The notes beneath the pieces were generated by a model. That model did not search any database, was not told where the DNA came from, and worked only from the letters and a program-made list of their open reading frames with translations. The position numbers were made by a program, and so were the translations under genes. Below are positions 40,201-52,154 of a DNA stretch of 64,000 bases, one piece after another. The DNA comes from Lytechinus pictus (lineage: Eukaryota). The stretch is from positions 25,484,001 to 25,548,000 of the forward strand of contig NC_087250.1 of the NCBI RefSeq assembly GCF_037042905.1, given 5' to 3'. Numbering within the stretch: the stretch's first letter is position 1; every line of letters begins with the position of its first letter.

Positions 40201-41897
40201 TAAATAAAAAGACTGAGTAGGAGAAACAATTTTTTATCAAAGCAGAATGCATTAAACTTCAAATGAATGGTCTGAACTCTGAAGTGCAAAGGACTCTTCT
40301 TACCTTTTAAGGGGGGGGGGGCATTTTTCTGCTCAAAAAGATATCAGCCCCCTATTTTTTCGGGGGGGGGGGGTTAAGTTCCTAGTCATAATCCTTTAAC
40401 TTTTACTTTTATGAGGTCATTTTCTAAAGACCCCCCCCCCCCCTAAAAAAGGGAGTAATGTCTCGCTTTAAAAATGCAAAGACCCCTGATGGGCATACAT
40501 GTAGGCGTAGACTGGTTTGAGCATGGGGAGGGGTGCACATCTTGGGGAGGTGGAACTAAGGTTCGGAAAATCAGCCGTTGAAAGTAGAAGGGTACACATT
40601 TTGTTTTGCTTGCCAGTGTTGGAACTCCTTTGTCACAGCGGAAGGTTTCACATTCACACAGTGTACCCCCAGCCTATGCCCTTGAGGGGATGCATATTTT
40701 AAGAGTGTTTATCATGTTTATGTTCCTAATGGCCACCGCCTTTAACCTTCTCTATTTTGATGTCAGATTTTAAGGACCAATCCCGCCCCCAAAACCTAGA
40801 AATATGCATTGAAGGTGATTAATACCTCCACACTCTGGCGTGAACATTTTAATGCAGTTTAGAATTTAATATGAATCTTCACCCCAAGATTAATATTTCT
40901 TCCAATTTTTATGAGCACTGATTAAAAAAAGGGGAAGTAGTTTGATCAACGATGAGTTTTCCTGCATTTCTGGCTATCATATGTGGTTACCATGGCAATA
41001 TACTCTCTGACAAATGCACACACAAAAAGAGGTTCTTGCACATCTTTACCTCAAGGCAAATGTGTGAGCCAAATTTCATGAGAATTGGTTCAAAACTGAT
41101 GAAGTAGTTCAAATTGCAAGGTTTTTACCTAAATTTTGACATATAAAATGCACACACAAAAAGAGGTTCTTGTACATCTTCACTTTAATACCAATGTGTG
41201 TGCCAAATTTCGTGAGAATTGATTGAAAACTGATGAAGCAGTTCGAATTGTAAGTTTTTTTTACCAATTTTCACCAAATGATATGTTGTTACCATGGCAA
41301 CAAGATTTCTGAAAGACACACAAAAATGTGTCTTAGACATCTTCACCTCAAGACCAATGTGTGTGCCAAATTTCATGAGAATCGGATGAAAACAGAGGAA
41401 GTTGTTCTAATTGCAAGATTTGTACCTTATTTTTGCCATAATACACTGTTACCATGGCAACACAATTTCCAACACATGCAAAAAATGTGTCTGCACATCT
41501 TTACCCCAAGACCAAAATATGTATATACACACCAACATTCAACCCCCTCCACCGCCACCCTTCGGCTTGTTTAGCATCTGCATTCAGATATTTAGTGCAT
41601 TGAGATGCGAGGACAAACAGAAGATCTGTTCAAAAAGGGTCTGAATTCAAGAACTAAACAAATGCAAAATAATGCACTGCTATTGAGTTTTGCACTAGCG
41701 CTAGTCTATATATCAGACCAATCTAAACTCATAAATTCTGACATTTTCACCCATTTTTTCACTGTTCCTGCAGCCAGATTTTTTGGAGCATACCCCATTA
41801 TTAATTCTTATACATAAACAAAGGTCTGGAGAAAAAATCATGCTTTTGTCCACTGTGTCCACAAGTAGGGTGTTTTTGACGCTCACAGACCGGACTA
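37224..41897. mobile_element. Academ-like non-autonomous foldback element (4.67 kb), 3-bp TSD
   Basis: TTA|TAGTCTGGTCTGTTAGCG ... CGCTCACAGACCGGACTA|TTA; near-identical inverted arms of at least 650 bp; no transposase ORF. The Academ label rests on the TAG termini and 3-bp TSD. Confidence 0.8.
38256..38837. mobile_element. Kolobok-like MITE nested in the left arm of the foldback element
   Basis: TTAA|AGGGGAATCC ... GGGTTGCATTCTCC; absent from the right arm. The right TSD is not evident. Confidence 0.6.
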
Positions 41898-44800
41898 TTA
41901 TAGCAGGTGCAAGTGTATAACATGTAGATTGGTATGCACTTGGGCAGCCACGTAAGTAGTGAGGCGCTTAATCAGCGATATCCTTACTATACTCTAAGTC
42001 AAAAGTAGTTATGTACTATTATCAGCAGTCTAAAATAATATAGAAAATTTGTTTTTGTATACTTACATGTGTGATTACAATACAGATCAATAGACTATGT
42101 CTGACTACTTCCTAGCGTGTAAGATTAAGTTTATACGCTGTTTAGGGAATGTTGAATATTCTATATTACTTTAGACTATTTGTTTAATGCCAAGTGTGTT
42201 TCTTTACGGAGCATGAGAAAGTGATCAATGTGCAAAGGCTGCAGAATTAAATGTACCGTATAGTATTTTTCGTTGAAGTGTGGTTAGTGTATTATCATGT
42301 TTGCAAAAAGTTAAGATTAATAAGGAGTAGATTTCGGAAGCTTAAAAAGCGTGAATTTTCAAAGTGACTCTGAATTTGGAAGATCTGAATCGTATTGATT
42401 GTGTAGTTTTAGATTATGTTAATGGAAATATGACATTTAGAGATGGCCGGCCAATTGCATTTATGCCACGCTTACTTTGACTCTACATTTTTTTTTGTAA
42501 ATATGATATGAAGTGCTAGGAATGTTAATACTACGTTAAATCAGACGTGATAAAAGTGATATTTTGAAATCAATTTTAATGTCTGTAAATAACCAGTGCC
42601 TAAATGTTGGAGTGTAGATTTGTAATGTGAATTTTGAGTAAATCTTTTAGCTGCCTGCCGGCTGTTAAGTCGATGCCAGTGTGATGGTCACAATGTGACA
42701 GGGCCTTAGGAGTTGGAGTTGTTGGATCAAGTGAGTTTAATGTTGTTTTTAAATTGAAGATTGATAAAAGAGTTTTTGCTTCAGATCATTGAAGATTCTA
42801 TGAAATATAAGGTATCTTTATTGTAATATATTGTTGAAGATGGGAGTTCACGTATTAATAGTAATAAGTAATAGTAATATTCAATTATGTACTATAATGA
42901 TTATAAATACTCTCACACTTATATGTATATACATTTGTAGGCCTATCTTCAGTAGGCATGTCATTTAACTTTATTTTAGGAGTTATTTCAGGTTTAATTA
43001 AAGAGTTAGAGTAAGGGTTGCAAGTTAGATTTTTATTTCAAAACTTGTGTTTTTCTTGCCTTGTAATATGATGAGTGTTATCACAGGATAACGAGGAAGT
43101 AACTATTGAGAAGCAAGTCAGAGGATTTTGATGTCACATTCGAGGTGATGATGTTCTCGAGATATACAGTTTATTCATTATCTTTTTTGATGAGGGTGTT
43201 AATGAATAACTTGTATTGTTATAACTGGGGATTTTAACGTCATGTTTATATTGAATTTAGCGAAAGTATTGATTTCATATTAATTAAAATACTTAATCTT
43301 ACTAGAATGCATAAGAATTATCGATACAATACTATGAATATTACATATATGACTGCCTTGTAGCACAGTGTACTTAATTATTGTATTTATCCTGTCTTTG
43401 CTGGGTTTTTGTTTGTTTTGGTTTCGTTTTCATGTCATTTCGATCGACTAGAGCTCAATCTTTTGGAGTCGTGACTGCTCTTCCCTACCCACGACATATG
43501 GAAAATGACCAAAGATGAATAACGAGTTTAGCTTTATTCGTCAATATAACAGTACTATTCGCGCAAATAAATCTTTAAATCGCAATATGATAAGTACATT
43601 AAAAATATTTCACTATTTTTTCGCATGGTTATAAGATTTATTGTAAAATACAAAGACAATGTGGCAATGTCAAACAACTAATATAAACCATTCCGTGCGT
43701 ATGACGGTCATTTCATACAATCAGTGTTGAGATGTTTGGAACAAGTTAGAGCTGTTCATGGTTGAAGTAGGATGTATCACATTCATAATCTTATTCAATT
43801 CATTCGTGCATTTTTATTGTGTAAAAATGACTGAACGCATTAGTAATTAATCTGTAGAGCGAGAGGGCGCGTTGTAATGAACAATAACACGAATAAAAGC
43901 ATACATCCCAAAGTAAAATTATTGCATTGTGTTGGATTGTGCACGTGGGTGTTTGTGGAGAAAAGGAGGGAAAGTGGGAGAGAGGGGAAGAGAACAATTT
44001 GCTTAATAAACTTTAGTTCGTCTAATTTAACAAACGGTACAATTTAAGACTAGCCATTCATGCATGGCATTGGATTTTGTGTTTGTGGGGAAAACCCTTC
44101 TAAACTAGCCCTTTTAAAAACATGAACATAGTAAATGAGACACCACACCACACAGTGTTGGTCAGTGTTGGTCGCTACCCCTTTAAAATCACAAGATTGA
44201 AAGAACAAATCTAAATTGCTGATAGTCCAATCTTATGAACAGATTGAGCGTTCGACGACGATCTTGATTGCTTATCGGCGCAGTTTCGGTTGTAATCAAA
44301 CCATGGTATCGATCATGGGGCTCTGGATCGAAACTGATTTCTCAATGCATTCGACTGTTTGAAGTAACAATTCCAACAAAGAAACAAATTTGAGATTCTT
44401 TAATTTATTTTTTCAAAAAGTGCACAACTAGTTACCAAAAATGTGTATAGCATTCTCATTTATTTGAATGCATGATAAAAGACCATTATCGAAGATCGAA
44501 CCCCGGACTTTCCATGTATTGTCAGGCCCTTTAGACCGCTTGGTTATGTCTCCTTTTATTTTTGTATAAAGTTACTTGTTTTATTTGTTATTTTAATTTT
44601 ATTAATTATTTTTTCAACAAGTACACACCTAGTTACCAAGAGTGTGTTTAGCATGTCCATTTTTTTAATACAGGATAAAAGACCATTATCGATTAACCAC
44701 AGGCATTGGTATCGCGGGCGAGGATTTTATTTTATTTTTGCATTAAGTAATTAAATTTTTTTTATCAATATTGTAGTCAATTAAAAAATATTTCAAACTA

Positions 44801-45049
44801 ACAAAAAAAATGAAATGACAGAATCTGCTAATATAACAAAGTACTTTTGCTTCAACCTTTACCTTTCTTATGAAACCTGCATTTTAAAGAATCAGCCAAG
44901 ATTAATGACTTACTTTATAATCATTGACAGTGCATTTAAAAGTCATGTCAGACGCCTTAGACCACTCGGGCACGGCTCTTTTTATTTTTGTATAAAGTTA
45001 TATTATTTTTTTAATTATTTATTATTTTATTTATTATTATTATTTTTTA

Positions 45050-47036
45050 TTAGTATTTTTTTTTTATTGAGTAGTTTTTATTGACAACTTCGATTCATAT
45101 GCAAAATATAATATATATTACAAACAAATAGAACTTTGATGTCTTTACAAATACCTTGACAACTCATAAATTCAACATATTTTTTTTCATGAATGTTAAA
45201 CACAATGTCAGGCATCTTCCAATACATAATTATCAATAACATTGTTGATAATTATAAATACAAAAAAAAAAAAAAAAAATCATTCATAAAACCTAAACGA
45301 ATTAAAGCCATCAGCATATATTTTTTTAACCCATCACCTCGGCCTCTTCACTCAAATAAATTCAAACTGAAATACAAACTCAGCCCTGGTCCCTACCCCC
45401 CCCCCCCCCCCCCGACCCTCCCTTAAACAATCCCATCCCCTATCCGGTGGAGAACTGGCTCTGGGCTCCAATAAATGGTCTAATGTTTAAGTTTTCCCAT
45501 TTAGAGAAATGGATTGTAAGAGTCCCCCTCTATGTTGCTAATTTCTTTTCTTCTCTTTGATCCCCCCTAATACTATTTATTATTTCAATCAATGAAGGAG
45601 CTTTTTTTAATTCTTGGTTTTTGTAAATAAGATATTTAACTAAAATCAAGACATGATTGATTAATTGATATTTACCTTTACTTTTCTCCTGCTTCCCGAA
45701 AAGAATTTCCTGCCAACTAAATTTATTTATTTCAAAATTTAAACTTCTTGCACACAGATCCCAAAGAGATTTTGAAAATTCACAAGTATAAAATAGATGT
45801 TCATACGTTTCTTCTTCCTTTTCACAAAATGAGCATAAATTGGTCGAAATAAGACCAAAACGGAAAAGGTGGTGGTTAGTGTATATAATATTATGCAAGA
45901 GTTTATACTGAAACTCCCTTAATCGACTATTCAGTGTGCAATATCTTAGTGTTAAAAATATACTTTCTATTTCCTTATTGGTAAGATCATAATTCGTTCT
46001 AATTCTGTCAAAAATAGAAGGTTTAATTTAATTTTTATACAACAGCTGTTCGTATATTTCTTTTGATTTTAAAAACATTAAATTAGTCGTTTTTTTACCC
46101 AAATTGAAATCGATTCCAGAGTTATGCTTTGCATTTATTTCAATATTGTTCTTCCAACTAACGGGTAAACAGGCATAAATATGCTTAATCTTTTCAACAT
46201 CCTTTGCATTTAAATTCAAATTAAGAAAATGTGTATCACATTTTAGTTTACCGTTATTATCCAAAATATGATGCAATCTATAAACCTCTTTATCGTATAT
46301 AATCTTATCAAATATACAACTCCCTTTATATCGAATAAGCTTATTATTAAAAATCACCTCTTTCCCAAACTCTGTACTTCTAATATGTCTTATATTTACC
46401 CACTCTTCTAATAAGTCCATGTAAAATTTGGAAGCTGTTACTTTCAATAAACCTGGTATATAGTCACATGAAAATAACAAATCTCCACCCAAATGTTTAG
46501 TGGCAAAATTAAAGTACTGTTTCCATTTCATATCTTCATCTTTATCTAAAAGTCTTTTAATCCACATTATTCGCTGTGCCTTTACCTGTACAGGGAAGTT
46601 TAACATCTTTAATCCTCCTTGCTTAGAGTCTAAAAACATTGTATTTCTATTAATTTTGTCTTTCTTACCTTTCCATAAAAAAAATCAAAAGTTAATTCAT
46701 CCAATGATTCATAAACCCACTTAGGAACAGGAGTAAGAGACGCTCGGAAGAGGACTTTAGAATAGATATGCACCTTCAATGGTTGAATTTTCCCCATAAC
46801 GTTATATCCCTTAGCTTCCAAAAGTTCAAGAGTGTTTTAATTTTGCTTAAGATTTTTTTGTAATTTAGATCTTCTTTCTTATGTTCATCTAATGTGAAAA
46901 ATACTCCTAAAACTTTAAGAAAATCCACGATCTCGCCGAAGGAGAAGTCATAATGCAAATGTTGGCATGAACCTAATTTTAATACTTTAGTTTTGTCATT
47001 ATTGATTTTTAATCCAGAAAGTTTTTCACCAAAAAT
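45050..47036 (-). mobile_element. 5'-truncated L1/Tx1-clade LINE (ORF2 C-terminal half)
   Basis: ORFs with SGLKINNDKT, GGLKMLN and the CCHC zinc knuckle CSFCEKEEETYEHLFYTC; frameshifts; A-rich tail near 45050-45066. Confidence 0.88.
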
Positions 47037-47556
47037 TAGCATTCCACTACTTATATAAAGTGAGTTAAAGGCAATGCATACACACAAAAAAAATTATGGC
47101 AAATTTCATACGCTTATTTGCAATAACTAATTAATAAAAAAATAAGCAACTAATTTTTTGAAAATTTTGCTATACAGTCTTGTAGTTTATATCCAGCTCT
47201 ACACGTGTGCAAATTTTCGCTGCAATCGCGCAATCAATGCCCGATTGCCTTGAATGGCAGTCCATGGGACTGTTGACAGAAATGGTCATCAATTCCAATG
47301 ACCATCAACCATCATGGTCAAACACACATTAACCTGTTTAATACTGAAAGAAGCAAATGTTGGAGGAGCTATAGCAGGATGAGTAATTGTCAGAGGAGCA
47401 ATTGCCGGAGAACCAATTGTCTGACAAGCAAATGTCGTGTCACCCTCCGAATACATGCTACTGTCACCAAACTACAGGATAAATGGTGATGGAGATAACA
47501 AACATTACTTGAATTTTTTTACTCAAATACTCGGTTTTCACTATTAATTGGTAACA

Positions 47557-47650
47557 GCCTGTCAGTCCCTTCCACTGCTAAAAATTTTAAACCAGTACTC
47601 AATGCAGTGTCATCACCACCGGATCAGCTCTGATATCCCCCACTGACAAG
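47557..47650 (-). ncRNA. Candidate intronic structured RNA (C/D-box snoRNA-like)
   Basis: On the - strand: GTGATGA (box C-like) and CTGA (box D-like) flank a CACTGC/GCAGTG stem, with an enclosing 9-bp stem CTTGTCAGT/ACTGACAGG. Lies in intron sequence of a ribosomal protein gene. Confidence 0.3.
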
Positions 47651-47777
47651 TCAAATATGAAAATGATATTCGTAATGTATGATGTCTGAATCTGAATCAG
47701 TTTGCCACATGACATTGAGAAGGTGTAATCTGCCTTTGTTAGATAGACCCCAAAGAACACCCTGCTCAAAAACTCAC

Positions 47778-47977
47778 TGCTTGGATCTCTATGTCTCCAT
47801 CGTTGATCTGTTCAATGATATCATGAGGGTTCTGCCCTTCCACGGTGCATCCTACAGACTGAGCCGTTCCCAAGACTTCCTTGACCGTTCCCTTGAGCTC
47901 GCGAGCCATGGAACGCTCCCTCATCGTCCTGGCGATGTCAATGATGGCGTCGATGGGGATGTTCCCGCTGTGTGAGA
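47778..47977 (-). CDS. RPL12: 60S ribosomal protein L12 (uL11) C-terminal coding exon; isolated, probably a gene fragment
   Basis: Translation [66 protein letters not shown] matches the known RPL12 C-terminus (HSGN...[22 protein letters not shown]). Acceptor CTCTTTATGCACAG| and donor GCA|GTGAGT. Confidence 0.9.
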
Positions 47978-48385
47978 CTGTGCATAAAGAGAGGGAAAGA
48001 AAGAAGAATAATACCTATACTCAACATTCACATAGCACTCAATAAATAGCTGCCAACCTGAACAAGAACATTTCAGTACCGGTATTACAAAAGCTGAAAG
48101 TCTGTATTTTGGTGAAGAAAGCAGCATTTTCAAATTTAATACCATAGGAAAAAACATAAAACTGGAACTTTGAAAATCTGTATTTTGCATGAAACCAATA
48201 AATGCTTCATACTATTATCCTGGTTTATGCTTGGCTAACCTGAACACCTGAACATTCAAGAAAAAAATTCCTACTTGGCACATATTAAACAGTTAAATAC
48301 ATCCCTGTGGAGAGTGGAAAATGTAGATAAACGCCATGTCGAAGGTCAAAAGCGCTACAGTGGGATTTGAACCTCACACCTTTTA

Positions 48386-48801
48386 AGGCCATCGCACACC
48401 GTACGGCTGTTCGCGATCCGATTTTGGAACAAATCGCATTTTGCTCATTTTTTGAAAGTGTGAATGGAACATATCATTTTATTTGCGGTTAAAATAAATT
48501 GAAAGAATACTAATATAACCATTTTGAAAGGTTGCAAGCCTTTATTTTGGAGGAAAGGCCAAATTGGTTTCAAATCGTAGCCAATCGTACGACTGCTATG
48601 ACGTCATTACGACTAGATATTAAATTCGCTTTTTATTCTAAGAAGGATGATAGCATAGTCACATATTTGAACATAGGTATTCGTAAGATGATTTAGAACA
48701 TTACACGGTAAGATATTCCAAGTCTCAATATTAGCATCAAGTTCTACTACATTTTATTCTGAAATCGGGTCGCAGACCAATCGTAAGGTGTGTGATCGCC
48801 T
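48386..48801. mobile_element. Harbinger/PIF-like MITE, inverted copy of 11066-11480, inserted in a - strand SINE remnant
   Basis: TTA|AGGCCATCGCACACC ... GGTGTGTGATCGCCT|TTA. Flanks GGGATTTGAACC and ACCCACTGAGCCAC are reversed B and A boxes. Confidence 0.85.
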
Positions 48802-49167
48802 TTAGTTCAAGATCCAGGGACTTACCCACTGAGCCACTAGGAAAAAAAGATATGTAGACATTAATTGGCAATACAGGTAACTGAGCCAAAGTCAATTATA
48901 TTGGGATCAGACACCAGTTTCACTTGGGACATATTTGACCTATAATATATGAAGGTATATATATATATATATACCATGGTTAGTCTCCGGGCAGAGACCT
49001 GTAGATGTTGCAATTCGCAGTGTGCACAATGCAGTCGGAAGTAGTAAGACTAACTATGGCTGGTTCTACCAGACAGAGCCTTTCGCCTAGATCTACCATA
49101 GTCTTTCGTTTAGACCTGTTAGTGGTTGAAGTATAAACAATGAGCCTGTCTGTGCTTGCACTTGTGT

Positions 49168-49468
49168 GGAGCGTTGCGGCTCAGTGGATTCGTCTTCCAA
49201 CTTTGAAACAGAGTGTTGTGGGTTTGAATCCCAGCCATGGCGTAATTTCCTTCAGCAAGAAATTTATCCACATTGTGCTGCACTCAACCCAGGTGAGATG
49301 AATGGATACCCGACAGGATTAATTCCTTGAATGCACTATAGCACTGACAGGCAGCTCGAGCTAAACCAAGGGTAAAAAAATAATAAACAATGCGCCTCGG
49401 AATAGAATATTTCTAGATAGATGGCACTATATAAATGCCTATCATTATTATTATCAGTATTATTATAA
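49168..49468 (+). mobile_element. tRNA-derived SINE, uninterrupted copy
   Basis: TGGAGCGTTGCGGCTCAGTGG (A box), GGTTTGAATCCC (B box), shared body GCAAGAAATTTATCCACATTGTGCTGCACT, and a (TTA)n tail. Confidence 0.85.
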
Positions 49469-50129
49469 TATCGTAGAAAATTTTGCTTGACTCCTGGAAG
49501 TTAAGTTAACCCCTAAGACTTTTCTTTAATTCATTTTTCAAATTTCTCTAGTTCTCTAATAAAAATTATATAAATTGGCTTCTACAACTCACATTGTACA
49601 TGTATATCCCATAGTATTTATTTTGAAACTAAATTTTGATCAAGAAATTATGCATATTTTTTTTTCTTTAATGGGAAACAAATACATCGAATCATATCTT
49701 AGAACTGTGAAATACACAGAGTTCAATTTCAATTTAAATATGCATTACAAAGTTATTGATGTTTTCTAATAAAGTGAGTCGCCTTTAAAAAATATCAGGA
49801 GTGGTTCAGTAGTGTGTAAGTCAATTTATTGTCATTTCAACATGTAAGAAAGTGAGATTTGTCCAAAAAAAAACCAGACTTGTGAACACAAAATTGTTTT
49901 GTAGGTAATGTCATGATAATCATTTGTAAAGTATAAATTGGGCTATCTTTAATAAAGTCAAAAGATTTATTGAAATCAAATTGATTTACTAACATGTAAT
50001 TGCATTTTTAGATTATGCAAACGATTTGCGACTTGTTTTAAATTATAAAATGTCTGATGCCTCATTTTTAGTTCAATGATTGCTTGACTTGAACTATGAA
50101 CCGAGTATAAATCCATCGACATCGACCAG

Positions 50130-50286
50130 GGGCCCGTTTCATAAAGGACTTGAAACAGTTGTAACGTTACCATTATGGCAACTACCATGGTAACAGGGCT
50201 CAGCAACCAATCAGAATCAAGGTTGCCATGGTAGTTGTCAAAATGGCAAAGTTACAACAGTTGTAAGTCTTTTATGAAACACTCCC
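50130..50286. mobile_element. Short palindromic MITE (Harbinger-like)
   Basis: CAG|GGGCCCGTTTCATAAAGGACTTG ... AAGTCTTTTATGAAACACTCCC|CTG; a partial relative lies at about 19446-19550. Confidence 0.7.
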
Positions 50287-51553
50287 CTGATCTTGATATA
50301 TAGAGCACATGCGCGTAACCTTTCCGTCTTTAATGCTAAACCCGGAATGCTGAACATCGAGATTGCCCGGGGTTATCTAACTACTTATACCATGCATGTA
50401 TACTCCGACCAATTATCGCCTCAAAACCTAGAGGACGATGATGAATTGGGTCGTCATTTGGGCGTCGTATCCATTACCGTTGTGGATAATTTTGATAAAG
50501 GCAATTCTGACTTATTTTGAATAAAATAAACTGATGGTTAGGGCCACGGATTTCGTTTTCTTGTGAAATGGTTGTTGAATGGTTTGAAAATGTGGTAGAG
50601 CAATAATTTATGAATGATCCCAAAAACCTTAGCCCCAGCATTTTACTTAAAAAGAAATATATGTTCACAACATTTTTCATGACTGCATGTCCAGGTATAA
50701 CTATATTTTCCATGACTATCAATGAATGCTCATAGATATCAGTTGTACTTGTGTTATAAGGAATCGCGATAATTAAAAAGGGTTTGAATAGTCAGTGATG
50801 ATCATTGGTATTTATAATTATAATTCGGTTAGAACAAACCAAAAATACATATAAAATTGATAAAATAAACCAACTTCGACGGGATGCATGGACTATTAAA
50901 ACGTATACAAAACACACTGCTGTCGTTTCCCCGCCAAAATCCAGACATTAAGGGTAAATGAACTTAAGAATTCAAGCACTTAAAGTTCAAATACACCACA
51001 ATGACACGAATATATGAATGCAATTTATCATGCAATATCTAATGAAGATAGGGTAATCTACAAACTGAAATTTGACAAGTAGGCAAAACAAACATCGAAA
51101 CACTTGACAAAGAAAAGAAACCGTTTTTCAATCTGCATTAATTAAACACATCGACTAAGCCATGATTTCTTGATTTCTAACAACTACTATTTCCGAGTCT
51201 GCATTTTGATGAAGTATGCATCATATTCACTATTGGATAGCCATCATACTTTGAGTAAAATGCAATTTTAATTTCTCACACCAATAATTTCCCAATTACG
51301 TTTTAGAAATATTTATGTTTGAACAGTTGAATCAAAATCAAGGAAAATTGTCAGATCTGACAAAATGTCGGATGAAAATGTTGATGAAACACTCCCAGAT
51401 CGACAAAACTATCTCATTATACTGATTATCATCTGTTGGTTTGGAGTTCGGTTTCATTGATGTGACTGTATAGCATTAAATGATTATCCTTCTATAATCT
51501 CATCATAATTCGAGTATGCCCGTAATATCAAACATCATTAAACATTTATTTAA

Positions 51554-52154
51554 AGGTCAAGTCACCTCAGAAAAATGTTGATTTGAATCAATAGAGAAAA
51601 ATCAGACAAGCATAACTATAATGCTGAAAATTTCATCAAAATCGGATGTAAAATAAAAAAAAGTTATGACATTTTAAAGTTTCGCTTATTTTTCACAAAA
51701 TAAGGGAAACTTTAAAATGTCATGCTAATGAGAGAGTCGATGATGTCGCTCACTCACTATTTATTTTGTTTTTTTATTGTTTGAATTATACAATATTTCA
51801 ATTTTTACAGATTTAAAAATAAGGACAAAATTTACTGAACCATAAAATGTTAAACAATGGTAGTTACACATGTTCAGGGTGAAATAAAACTTTGTTTCAC
51901 ATGACAACGGGGAGAAAATTTGAATATTTCGTATTTCATGTAATAAAATTTAAAAGAAATAGTGAGTAAGTGATGTCATCAGTTCCCTCATTTGCATACC
52001 AACCAAGATGTGCATATAACTGTTTTGTGAAATGAAGCGAAACTTTAAAATGTCATAACCTTCTTATTCTACATCCGATTTTGATGAAATTTTCAGCGTT
52101 ATGCTTGTTGGATTTTTCTCTTTTTATTCAAATTTGTTGGGGTGGACTTGTCTC
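51554..52154. mobile_element. Kolobok-like MITE (family of 6046)
   Basis: TTAA|AGGTCAAGTCACCTCAG ... GGGGTGGACTTGTCTC|TTAA. Confidence 0.8.

Noticed and set aside
44490..44980. tRNA-like A/B boxes on the - strand (also at the SINE heads)
   Set aside because: No complete cloverleaf; they look like degenerate tRNA-derived repeats.
47560..47616. Hammerhead-like pattern (TGATGA-stem-GAA) on the - strand
   Set aside because: It has GUGAUGA instead of CUGANGA and GAAG instead of GAAA, with no proper stem III or UH cleavage site.
47679..47975. 98-aa + strand ORF
   Set aside because: It is the antisense shadow of the RPL12 exon.
50440..50475. CCCAAATGACGACCCAAT on the - strand, reminiscent of RPL12 exon 1 (PKFDPN)
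   Set aside because: In-frame stop, no matching start or donor, and too short to distinguish from chance.
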